Part shown: positions 1 to 10,934 of the stretch, piece by piece
How the letters are laid out: each line of letters begins with the position of its first letter
Numbering within the stretch: the stretch's first letter is position 1
Assembly: GCA_016748015.1 (NCBI GenBank)
Contig: JAAOMT010000172.1
Span: forward strand, 9,687 to 29,976
DNA from: Geosiphon pyriformis uo1
Lineage: Eukaryota; Fungi; Glomeromycota
Length of the DNA stretch: 20,290 nt
Reading direction: 5' to 3'
Position numbers and translations under genes: made by a program
Notes under the pieces: model-generated
What the model saw: only the letters and a program-made list of their open reading frames with translations
Databases searched by the model: none
Told to the model about the DNA's origin: nothing

Positions 1-2129
1 GATTCACAAGATTTACACCAAAGTGGATCTTTTAATGTGCGATAGCATTCTTGACATTTCGGCAAGCCTGCTTCAAAAACATTATCATTACTTTTAGCAG
101 CATCACAAAATGGACATATAGGAGATCCACCAATGATTATACCCATGTTACCACATTTAAGACACTTGAATTCATCTGAAAGCTGGTCAAAAAAAGCTTC
201 GAAATCCAAGAACTCTCCTTTAGAATTACGCTGGTATTTTAAACCTCGAATTTGAAATTGCAAAATGAACCGTTCTAGGTCATTTTGATCCTGTACAGTG
301 AGGTCAAGGGAATTCAAATCAGGAAAATCACTTTGATAAATTAAGTTAATTGTCTCTCCTGCTTTCGAATAGATTTCAAATGCCTTTTCTAGATTTTTTG
401 TGGTTCCCCATCCATTTTGATAGCACCATCCAAGATTGTATTGTACATTTTGATTTCCCATCTTTGTTGCTTTTAAATAAAATTCAAAAGCTGCTGCGAG
501 ATTTTTCCCTGTTCCCCATCCATTTCGATAATACTTTCCAATATTGTTTTGTGGACTCAGATTTATTACTTTTTCCAGATGATTCATTGTTTCTAGCCCA
601 TTTGGAAAATAAGTGCTAAGTATGTTTTGTGCAACTAAACTTCCCGCCTCTGCTGCTTTTGAATAGAGTTCAAATGCTTTTTCCAAGTTTTTCGTCGTTC
701 CCAATCCATTTTGATAACAAACTCCAAGATTGTATTGTGCATTTGTATTACCCGCCTCTACTGCTTTTGAATAGATTTGAAATGCTTTTTCCAAGTTTTT
801 CGTTGTTCCCGATCCATTTCGATAACAAACTCCAAGATTGACTTGTGCATCTAAATCTCCCGCCTCTGCTGCTTTTGAATAGAGTTGAAATGCTTTTTCC
901 AAGTTTTTCGTTGTTCCCAATCCATTTTGATAACAAACTCCAAGATTGTGTTGTGCATTTGTATTACCCGCCTCTACTGCTTTTGAATAGAGTTGAAATG
1001 CTTTTTCCAAGTTTTTCGTTGTTCCCAATCCATTTTGATAACAAACTCCAAGATTGTATTGTGCATTTGTATTACTCGCCTCTGCTGCTTTTGAATAGAG
1101 TTCAAATGCTTTTTCCAATTTTTTCGTTGTTCCTAATCCATTTTCATAACAAACTCCAAGATTGACTTGTGCATCTAAATCTCCCGCCTCTGCTGCTTTT
1201 GAATAGAGTTGAAATGCTTTTTCCAAGTTTTTTGTTGTTCCTTCTCCATTTTGATAACAAACTCCAAGATTGACTTGTGCATTTGTATTACCCGCCTCTG
1301 CTGCTTTTGAATAGAGTTGAAATGCTTTTTCCAAGTTTTTCGTTGTTCCCAATCCATTTTGATAACAAACTCCAAGATTGTATTATGCATTTGTATTACC
1401 CGCCTCTACTGCTTTTGAATAGATTTGAAATGCTTTTTCCAAGTTTTTCGTTGTTCCCGATCCATTTCGATAACAAACTCCAAGATTGACTTGTGCATCT
1501 AAATCTCCCGCCTCTGCTGCTTTTGAATAGAGTTCAAATGCTTTTTCCAAGTTTTTCCTTGTTCCCGATCCATTTTGATAACACCATCCAAGATTGTATT
1601 GTGCATTTGTATTACCTGCCTCTGCTGCTTTTGAATAGAGTTGAAATGCTTTTTCCAAGTTTTTTGTTGTTCCCAATCCATTTTGATAACAAACTCCAAG
1701 ATTGTATTGTGCATTTGTATTACCCGCCTCTACTGCTTTTGAATAGAGTTGAAATGCTTTTCCCAAGTTTTTCCTTGTTCCCCATCCATTTTCATAACAA
1801 CGACCTAAAAATAATTGTCCAAAAGAATCTTTTGCTTTCGCTGCTTTCTGAAATTCTATAAATGCTTTTATTGGATTGGGGATAGTTCCAATCCCATGTT
1901 CTAAAGAAAAGCCAATCAAAACATGGTCTATTGAACGCTTTGAATTTTTATTATTCAAGCACTCGAATAAATCTTTTGCTGTTTTCTGATTTTGTTCAAG
2001 ATATTTTTTCACGAATTCAGCAACTTTTGAATAAGGATTATTCAGACCACTTTCTTTGATAACAATCAATGCCCCTTCAACCCAGTCAATGGGTGAATTT
2101 ACGTTTTCAATTGATGAAGTTGAAGACAT
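1..2129 (-). CDS. Sel1-like repeat (SLR) protein with a Cys-rich C-terminal region, probably fused to a protein kinase beyond the window; one in-frame stop at 1383-1385 (3' partial)
   Basis: ATG at 2129 (MSSTSSIENV). About 15 Sel1 units of consensus AQYNLGVCYQNGLGTTKNLEKAFQLYSKAAEAG. After the TAA at 1383-1385 the same frame stays open to the window edge and ends ...FKCLKCGNMGIIIGGSPICPFCDAAKSNDNVFEAGLPKCQECYRTLKDPLWCKSCE. No introns are needed. Confidence 0.9.
634..1800 (-). repeat. Tandem array of about 11 near-identical 108-bp (36-aa) Sel1 coding repeats
   Basis: The anchor tccaagattg recurs at 723, 831, 939, 1047, 1155, 1263, 1371, 1479, 1587 and 1695, exactly 108 bp apart. More divergent units flank the array on both sides. 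Confidence 0.97.
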
Positions 2130-2508
2130 GATTTTAAGCAATAAAATGGATTATCAAACTTCAAATATTTTGTATAGTAAAGAGGAATTTTTAAAGAGTT
2201 CAACTTGCTAATAAATAATGATTTCAATGTTAAATGACATTCAGGAAAAGGCTAGCCTTGAAGAGATCTGAAACGATAGAAAATTCGGAAAACAGACCCT
2301 TACTTCATCAAAGGCTAAATTTCCTCATTTACATTGCTTAAATGAGTAGAGATCGTCCGGGACGGAATTCACTATGCTTTCATTGTCTTATTGCTATTTT
2401 TAAATTTTAAATGAAAACCTAAAATTGATCTACACTAAACTAAGTGGTATGAAAAAACTTGAAAGGGGTTTTTTGTGGCTAATTGTATGCAAAGCTTTAT
2501 TTAACTAC

Positions 2509-3744
2509 TTTAAGATAATCTCAAAAGATGGGCTAATATTTGATAAATTAAGTGATTTTACATTATAATACTGAAACTCAAAAAATAAAACTTTAAGGTC
2601 GGGCTTCAAGTATATATATTTAATTCGTAAAAATAAAAGTAACAATTTTTTATTAATTAAAAATATAAAAATATTAATAATGATTAATTTTTTTTGTATA
2701 CCAGAAATTTTAATAACTTTGTTTGAATTTAAAATAATCTATAAACTTTAAAAGATTGAAAAATTTAGGAAGAACACTTTTTTGCAGATTTTTTAATCAT
2801 TTATTTTAATCATAATCTTTTCATTATTTCGACGTTTTTAGGTTAATTTATTTATACTCAATTGATTAAAAGAAGTTGCTAAATTTTTATAAAATATCCG
2901 TGGTGCAGCAAGATGGAATAATTATACTTGAATGTTATCGTAATGAAAACTTTTTTATGTTTACACTTAAAGACACAGTTTCTTTAAACAAAGATAAAAA
3001 TTATAGAAATAACTTCCGTTTATCCTCTGAATTCTAGTTATCTTTTGGTAAAATATTATTATTATAAATAAGTCTCTAAATGATGTTATTGAAATAAAGA
3101 GGAATATTTTTAATGATATTTAAGTTAGTATATAGATCTCAATAACTTTATTTATGTATATTCAATTTTCATTTAGAACCTATCTTAATGAGTTAAAAGG
3201 AAACATGAAAATCAGTTTTTTCGTACCTTTTGCTACAACTGATGGAGGCTTTGGGTCTTATCAACTGGGCTACTACATTAGAAAAGAGCAAAGTTATAGT
3301 ATATATTAAGAATTTATCATATTTTTAAAAAAAAAACTAAGATTGAATAGGAACACATGCTTGCCTTTCGTGGATTTAATTAATTTTTTTATTCAGACAC
3401 TAGGTATCATAAATTGTTGTTTGTTATTATTCTAGTAATATTAACAGTTTTAAGTGGCTCTATTGTAGCAGTTAGTTTTAAATTTTAAGATTAAATGAAT
3501 AATTAATTTAGAAAATTAGTTTTGCAGTTGTTTCTATTATGCCAATTTTAGTTAATGTAATAGTCGACACTAAATTTACTCTAATAAATGGAAAAAATAT
3601 AAAATTTCCACATCTATATACCAAAGTAATTAATTTTCAATTTTGAAAGTACAAACATAATTAATTATTATATTCAGTATTATTTTTCTAGATATACCAA
3701 TTTTTTAATAGTGAACTGACAGGATTCATTAATATAATCAATAG
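2509..3744 (+). pseudogene. Left arm of a long inverted repeat; heavily deleted relic of a paralogue of the 4665-8057 membrane-protein gene
   Basis: Reverse complement of about 11015-12275 (e.g. 3181-3300 vs 11461-11580). Contains remnants of exon 1 (gcagcaagatggaataattatactt, QQDxxIIL), FATxDGGFG (tttgctacaactgatggaggctttgg), the acceptor cagACACTAG, the FAVVSI..D..FT..NGK exon and the cagTATTATTTTTCTAG acceptor. Confidence 0.88.
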
Positions 3745-3756
3745 GATAATGACAAG

Positions 3757-4150
3757 CATCGTTTTTGATGTAATGTAAATAATTTCTTGCCTTTTCGAGA
3801 ATGTGATTTAACAAAATTATAGTTTAAAATCCTTATTTATTGGCAAAAAAAACTCCTTAAAAATCCTTTTTACCCATACAAAATTGATAATTTATTTTTG
3901 GGCAGAAAATAATTTCTTCAGCTTCATTAATTGAACCGCAATTTCATCTTTCGACTGGCTTGAAGGAGCATTGATTGTCATGAAAAAAAAATCAGACTAT
4001 TTTTCCAGCTAATATTCAAAAGTTGCTTTTCTCATGATGATTGTTTAAGAAAATGGTCAAAAAACCTTTTTGGAATTATAATAAAACTAATTTAGAAGTA
4101 GATTTAAGGAGATAATCGACAATATCTCGAATTAGATTTTTTTATCAAAA
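3757..4150 (+). pseudogene. Inverted, decayed copy of the upstream region and 5' coding end of the Sel1 gene
   Basis: tcttcagcttcattaattgaa...gactggcttgaaggagcattgattgtcatg...tattcaaaagttgct matches the Sel1 N-terminus (SSTSSIE..DWVEGALIVIK..YSKVA). 3757-3915 matches the reverse complement of 2130-2278. The ATG is lost and there are frameshifts. Confidence 0.8.
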
Positions 4151-4664
4151 GAAGCTATAACTTGAAAAGTTTTGAAAAAGAAAAATGTATCATAAGATGA
4201 ACATAATCTAACTTTAAAATTATTATGATAAACTAAAAATAAACATAATAAAAATTATTTTTTTATGCGGAAAAGTAAATATCAGTTGCCATTTATGAGT
4301 GATTGCCAAGGCCCAAAAAAGTTATTTATGTTTCAATTTTATAATAAAAACCAATAGCCCCATTTTCTGGGAAGCTCGAAAGGGATGATCGCAATCAGAT
4401 CCTCAAAAAGAAAATGGGGTAACACACCTAAAAATTTATCAATGTTGAACAATTTCAATTTTTAATTAACAAATATATGTTTATAATATATTTATCTATC
4501 TAAATTACATAGAAAATAAGTCATGCCTTTTTTTACATTTTCTGTTTTCTTTTCGCTATAGTTTATTTTGAATAAAACTCATTAAATTCAAAGCTAATAT
4601 TATAAAAACAAACACAATCATTGGACTCATAATATTGATTTTAAATATTAGTTTTTCAAAAAGT

Positions 4665-7600
4665 TTAGTTTAAACCTGTATTTATCAAGTCTAATTCATT
4701 CGTTTCCTCACGTGCAACTCGTGAAAAAGTAGTTTGATAATGGAACCAAATCAAAATACTATAAAGTCGATAAATAATATTAATTGTTAAAATAACTGAG
4801 CTCATAATGAGACTTATTATAGGAATAATATCGTAGGAAAAGGTGTTTTGATGGTAAATAACCTAGTTGCAATAATAGTAATAATAATATTATTAATAAT
4901 AATAATTGTAATATATTTAATTTGGTGAAGCGTCAAAATTTTGAAAAAAAAGGCTAAATCTTTGAAATCAAACCTGAATTACAAATTGTGGAATATCCTC
5001 AATAAAGATATTGATGGTACTACCCCAAAAGATCAAATCTTCAAGTCTTTTGGAAATCGGGGCACTGAAAAGCCCCAAGTTTGCATACTTTGAATGTAAA
5101 AGATTCAGAGCATCTATATCAGCGGCAGATAGTATAGTGAATAAGGCAGCGGGCTTGCCAAATTGCCGAAACCATACAACATATTCACTATTCATGCTAA
5201 TCTCATTGATTATGATGTATCCTGCCAGTCCTGTGTTGAAAAGAAGAGGTATTGCTAGAAAAATAATACTGTTCAAAGAAAACATATATATAAATTAATT
5301 ATCTTTGCTATTTTTGAATTTTTGATGCATTTACAATTTACAAATTAATTACCTTGGTAAATATATAAATCCCACATCTTTTCCGTTTTTTATAGTGAAT
5401 GTGATATCAACTATAATATCGACTAGAATTAATGTAATAGAAACAACTGCAAAGCTATTACCCTAAAATTAGTAAAAGTTATTAAAATATTTATTTAATT
5501 TTAAACTTTAAACCACAATAATTATCCCAATATAACTGCAAAAAAAATAAATCAAATACCCTGGGATTTTTCTTTTTTCCTATAAAATATAGTCTCATTA
5601 ATATTATTGCAATAATAGCAATTGCAATTAGATGAAATTTATATTCATTCCAAAAATTTGCTAAAAAAGTTATTAAATGATATACAGTTTAATAAAAATT
5701 AATTAATGAAGATTAATTCATTCTCGCTTACGTTTAACTTGGAATCCAAAAGTCTCATCTAAAAAGCCCGTGTGTGAATAAGTGCTAATGGGAGTGAACC
5801 ATTTATTCTCGATTAATGCATTAAGGTCATGTGCAATTTCCATTGGATTTCTAGAATCACTTGTTGAAGAAATTTGAAGTCGTAATATTTCTCGGCCTAC
5901 TGATTCTGATTTCGACTTATCAGTCTTATGATCAATAATTTTGATACGACTTCTTTCAACTGGAATTGTAAAAGATAATTGATCTTCAAGTGTTTTGAAA
6001 ACTTCTCGTTCGTTTTTAATTTTGTTGAAATCCGAGAAATTTGTATTCAGACGTAAGAGTCCAATCAGGGTAGCTTTAAATCAACAACAACAATCAATAT
6101 TATGTATTTTAGTTAGATAGGGACCTTAAAAATTTACTAATTGAAAATAAACAATAAACCTTCTTACCTGCATGTTTGCTTTTTTTCCATCTTAAAGCAT
6201 TCAAACGAAATGAAAAAACAAACAAACAAACGAATGAATGAATGAATTATTAATCTTTAAAACAAAATTGTCAGAAAAGAAAAAATTGAAAAATATGTAC
6301 GTTTACCTGTTTTAAATTGCCATATATTTCTATTAATTCCTTTAATGGCTTCATTATATTGAGCATCTTTCACAAAATTATTATTGACGACAATAAAATA
6401 ATCTTTATCCGGTTGATTAAATGTGCTTCCAAAAACATCCACTCTAATAGTTCTATTATCCATCTCCACATGACAATATTGTGACTTTGCAGAGATACTT
6501 TGCCTCAGAATTGGTTCAGTTTCATTGTTTTGATAGATAGAAATATTATTATTCGAAAATGCGATTTCCACGAAATAATTAATCGTTATTTCTCGCGCCC
6601 CAAATGGAATCTTTTCGTTTAGACGAGGGTAAGTAGTAATGATAAAAGGATTTTCATATCTAGTGTCTGTTCAAATAATAATAAAATTAATTAAAATCTA
6701 CCAACAGCATCATTCCATTTAATCTTACTAACCTTTTTTTGAAAAAAATGGTAAATTTTTAGTATAGACGATGACTTTATTCACGTCAAATGTAGCAGCC
6801 CAGAAAGTATTGTTTGATAAGATAGTAGAGAGATAACCTTCATCCAGATGCGAGATATTCCATGAATCATTCTTAACTCCATTTTGATCATATAATTCTA
6901 TAGCAAATACTACATCTTTCACGATTAAAGTTTTATTTAATAAACCACCATAAGCCAGTGAGATTGTAGTAGTGGAATCAGCAGAAAATTCTTTCGTGAT
7001 GTATTTTAATACTGCCCCACTTCGAAGAAATGATATTTGGCTGTTACTCAGGCGACAATAATATCCCACAGCATTTATTTGAGCATCGCAATCAATCCAA
7101 GTGGCATTTTCATCATTTTGATGGAGTAGCAAATGAGGACCAAAATCAGCTGTTTCTGGCTCCCAAAATGTAACGTATACTGAATATGTCGTTATGTTTG
7201 TATTGAGACCAAATTTAGCCAAATATGCTAATCCGAAGCCACCATCGATTGTGGCAAAAGTTGAATAATCCACAAAACTCTCTTTTAATTCAAGCTTTTC
7301 AAGCATTTTAGGACCAGATATTGGTTTGATGTTTTCGTTGGAATATGTTCTAAATGTAAATTGAATGCATAAGGTTATTTCTTTAAAATTCATATTTAAT
7401 ATTATATATAATGTATATTAACTTACGGAGCATTAAAAACAATCCATTCTATTTCAGAACTGTTCAATTCAATTCTACAAGTCTTTAGAAAATTTTTATC
7501 TTGTTGTATATTTCTTGTTAACCGACAATCTATAACATTGCTGTCTTTAATTAGATCTACATCACTGTATAAAGTGTTATGTATTATCAATATAAAGTTT

Positions 7601-8057
7601 TTTTTTTAAAATTAAGAAGATTTTATGTTTAAGAGTTATTTGACAAAAACCTTTGAATTAATGTTCCATTCCACAAAAATAGTTTCCTTCGTTGTTGATC
7701 ATAAGAAGTCACTAAAAGATAATTAGAGTTTAAAATATCAACAGAACGTTGTCCACGCTTATCTCTATAAGCATTGTAGTTATTTAGAGAAGCTGTGCCA
7801 TCAGGTGTAAACTTGAGAAAGGAATATTGATACGTATTATTATAAATGCATAAATTTGAAAGGATAATTGTTCTATCTTGTTGGGCCAATAATTTATAAA
7901 AGGTACAAGTTCCCTTGAGATCAATTTTATACACCGTTTGATTCATTGTTAGCGATATAGAACTCTTGGTAATTGAAATAAAATAAGTTAAAAACATCCA
8001 AATAATCAAAAGGTATTGATTAAAAAATATGGTTAAGAAAAACTGCTTCATTTTCAT
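4665..8057 (-). CDS. Multi-exon membrane protein: N-terminal hydrophobic signal, large ectodomain, C-terminal multipass TM domain with EDIPQ motif (about 855-863 aa)
   Basis: Hand-built GT-AG model, complement join: 8057-7651, 7564-7427, 7349-6733, 6666-6307, [6190-6168 micro-exon], 6073-5732, 5660-5560, 5462-5353, 5268-4974, 4862-4665. Without the micro-exon the phases are consistent (2568 nt, 855 aa plus TAA). Motifs include FATIDGGFG, YENPFIITTYP, VNNNFVK, GLLRL, NFWNEYK, ALFTILSAADIDAL and IFIEDIPQFVIQV, which I recognise as typical of an expanded uncharacterised Glomeromycotina family. Confidence 0.88.
6215..6248. repeat. Compound (AAAC)n(GAAT)n microsatellite in the intron just upstream of the micro-exon
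   Basis: aaacaaacaaacaaacgaatgaatgaatgaat. Confidence 0.8.
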
Positions 8058-8585
8058 CTTAAAAAATTTGTTATTTTTCTTTGTAAAATAATTTTTTGGA
8101 TTTGTTTTCGGTTCTCACAAAGTTTTTTAATCTCTTAAATACTTTAATTATAGAAAATTTTAAAATTTAAATATAGCTAAAATGATATTCATATAATGTT
8201 ATGTATTTTGTAAATATTTATTATTAGAATCCCTATGGAAGATCGATCTCAAGTCTGATAATCTAACTACCTTTCCTATTACCTTTCATATTCCCTTTCA
8301 TTATCCCTTTTTTGAAGTTAACCAAAGCAAGATTTAAAATTTATAAAAATTAGCCTATTTAAGTGAATTGAATCAATCCATCCATCAATCCAAAAATGTG
8401 AAACCAACTTTTTAGTTTTTTCTAATAATTGGGCGGAATTCCTTTTATAAAGATTTAAGGCTTAAATCTAATTTACCGTATCATAACATTCGAATCTTTC
8501 GTAGCGTGGGGTGATGCAAAAATACTAAAAAATGGATAGATCACAATTATTAATTAACTAATCAAATAATTATGTATGGTTTGGG

Positions 8586-8612
8586 TAATAATAATAATAA
8601 TAATAATAATAA
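8586..8612. repeat. (TAA)9 microsatellite
   Basis: Perfect taa run; it explains the poly-N in the spurious ORF 8572..8766. Confidence 0.9.
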
Positions 8613-8704
8613 AATACAGTTAATTTTAAATATAAACACAAACATGAAATTTCTAAAATTAATTTATCAAAAAGGTGTAAAAATAAAATATCTGAACTAT
8701 ATAT

Positions 8705-8740
8705 ACACTATCAGCTATTCGACACTATCAGCTATTCGAC
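8705..8740. repeat. Perfect 17-bp tandem duplication
   Basis: acactatcagctattcg occurs twice, followed by ac. Confidence 0.9.
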
Positions 8741-10934
8741 CTTCTCTTTTTTGTAATTTTTTTTAGTCTTTATATGTTATCTTTACTTTTTACTTTTTTT
8801 ATCTTTCTTAATTTATTTCATCATTATTCTTTATTTAAGTCTCGAAATTAGATTCTTAATTATTTGTTTGATCGCTTAATAAATACACAAAAAGTGACAT
8901 TTTCTGCATATATTTTCCCATTTGTTGCCAAAAAATCTATTTTTATTTCATATCTGTTGAACTAGATTAAAAATGTAATCTTCAATGAAAAATATTTATT
9001 CATCCTATTTTTCTTAAAAATAGAACTTATAATCAAAAGAAATTTTAATTAGTTTCCCCATAAGTCACTTCTCATATTATTTACCGATTCTATAAACAAT
9101 TAGGTAATGATTTAAAATTCTAAACCAACTTGAAAAAGCAATTTCAATGAGAATAATAAAGAATTTCATTTCTAATTTCGTTTTAGCCTAAAAAAAGTTT
9201 GTTTTATAATAAGTAGTTTAAAAATTATAGATATGATGCAGCTGTCATTTTATGAGATAGATAAGCATAAATCTTAAAGTCTGTATTCACAACCTATTTT
9301 ATTTACTTTAACAAAAACCAATAACATCATATGCAATAATCTTAATATCTTATATACATCGAATAAGCCATTAACTTCTTCCAAGAAAGAAAAAAGGGCC
9401 AAGAGAATCAGTGCAAGCTAAAAATTGTATGATTATAGTTGGGAAAAGCATGATTGTTTTATATAGTAAGTTAGAATTTTGTAATTTCTCCTATATGAAT
9501 CTGCCAAGTTTTTTTTTAAATCACTAATTCTAAGATTCTTTTCCAACCCTTTTATCAGAAGAATAATCTACAAGTCCAATCCTATTCGTACTTGACCTCA
9601 ATAAAACTAAAACGAATATGGCCCCTATTACAATTTCTTTCCTTAGAAAACCCAACTTCCTAAAACTCATTTTCTTGAGATGGGAACAAAAAAAGCAAAG
9701 GAACAGCAAAAAGTCATCATACAAGGCAGCACCAAAATCACAGCCTAATCTGGTAGCTTTTTGATTAGGTTTAATTTTAAAGTAAAAATAAAATATGATC
9801 TCATGGTTGATTTGATTTGTAAAAAATGCCTAATGGATTTTTAAAAACAATTTCACATTGAATGTTTAATACATATAAATATATTAAGCATATAATGGAA
9901 ATTAAGGATAAATATCAAATTGATTTTGGTAATTGTCAGAAAATATTAATTTATTTATTGAAAAAATATTTGATTAATCAATGATAAATTAATTTATTTC
10001 TGAATATAGAGATAATATAAAAAAATTATTTTTAATTAAAAGCATTATATTTTTATTCTTTTTTAATATCTTATGCATATTTAGTTAAAAAACTAATTTA
10101 TCTCGCAATTATCGAAAGCTGTATTAACAAGTGATTCATCAACTTTGATTCTAAATTAAAAAAGTTTGCTATGGTGATGATTGGATACTTAATTTTCTAA
10201 TTGATGGCTTTGTATATACGGGGGTACTTTACATGAGCATGAAGTAATTCTTGAATTTTCCTATTGTTTATTGAAAAAAATACTTCAAAAGCCAGACATC
10301 CGTTATAATTTTTTTTCAGGATATCAATCCAAGAAGTTTTTTCACATTATTGTATATCCAGAATTTGATTGGAATATGAAAAACGTTATAAAGAATCATA
10401 ACTTAATAATAATACAAAATGACTCGAATTTAAACAAACAATTTTTCTTCTTTTATAATAAACTTTTGTTTTCCTTTAACTTTGTGGTAAAATATTTTAA
10501 AATAACGCTTAGAAATATATTTAATAATTATGTATTTTATATATATTTGAAAGTGCTACTAATATTGAAATTATTAATCCCAAGATAATTTTTATTTAAA
10601 ATTGAAAAGGGTTAACCTAAATTATTGTATATTTTATGATAGCAAGGCAATAAAAATATATTAAGGTTTCTCTAATTTGGTTTTTTACAGATTTTTCTCA
10701 AGATTGGAATAAAAGTTTTAGGGAATACATAAAAATTAAACAAAAAACTGTTTGTTAGAAATAAAGTTTATTATTATTTGAAATCAATTTTGATTGCTGA
10801 CATAAATACTCATTTCAGTTTTTTGGACTGAATAACCAATAATTTTTTATAAAATATTTTCAAGTTGGAAACTTTTAACTTAAATATGAAATCGCTTTTA
10901 ACAATAAAAAATAAAGTTGAAATATTACTCTACC

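Noticed and set aside
1383-1385. Alternative genetic code (TAA=Gln)
   Set aside because: Only one instance; TAA is the normal stop of the other two genes (4665-4667, 15401-15403).
634-1800. CRISPR-like array
   Set aside because: The units are contiguous coding repeats with no unique spacers, and the context is eukaryotic.
350-1861. Repetitive + strand and alternate-frame ORFs (PPLLLLNRVEMLFPSF..., MHNTILEF...)
   Set aside because: Shadow frames of the Sel1 array; their periodicity is inherited from the real minus-strand gene.
5011-5298. 95-aa + strand ORF
   Set aside because: Antisense to a conserved exon of the membrane gene.
10271-10588. 105-aa ORF and other short AT-rich ORFs (8572, 13458, 16413, 16816, 17365, 19136)
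   Set aside because: Low-complexity F/I/K/N composition, mostly non-ATG starts, and no recognisable motifs or splice structure.
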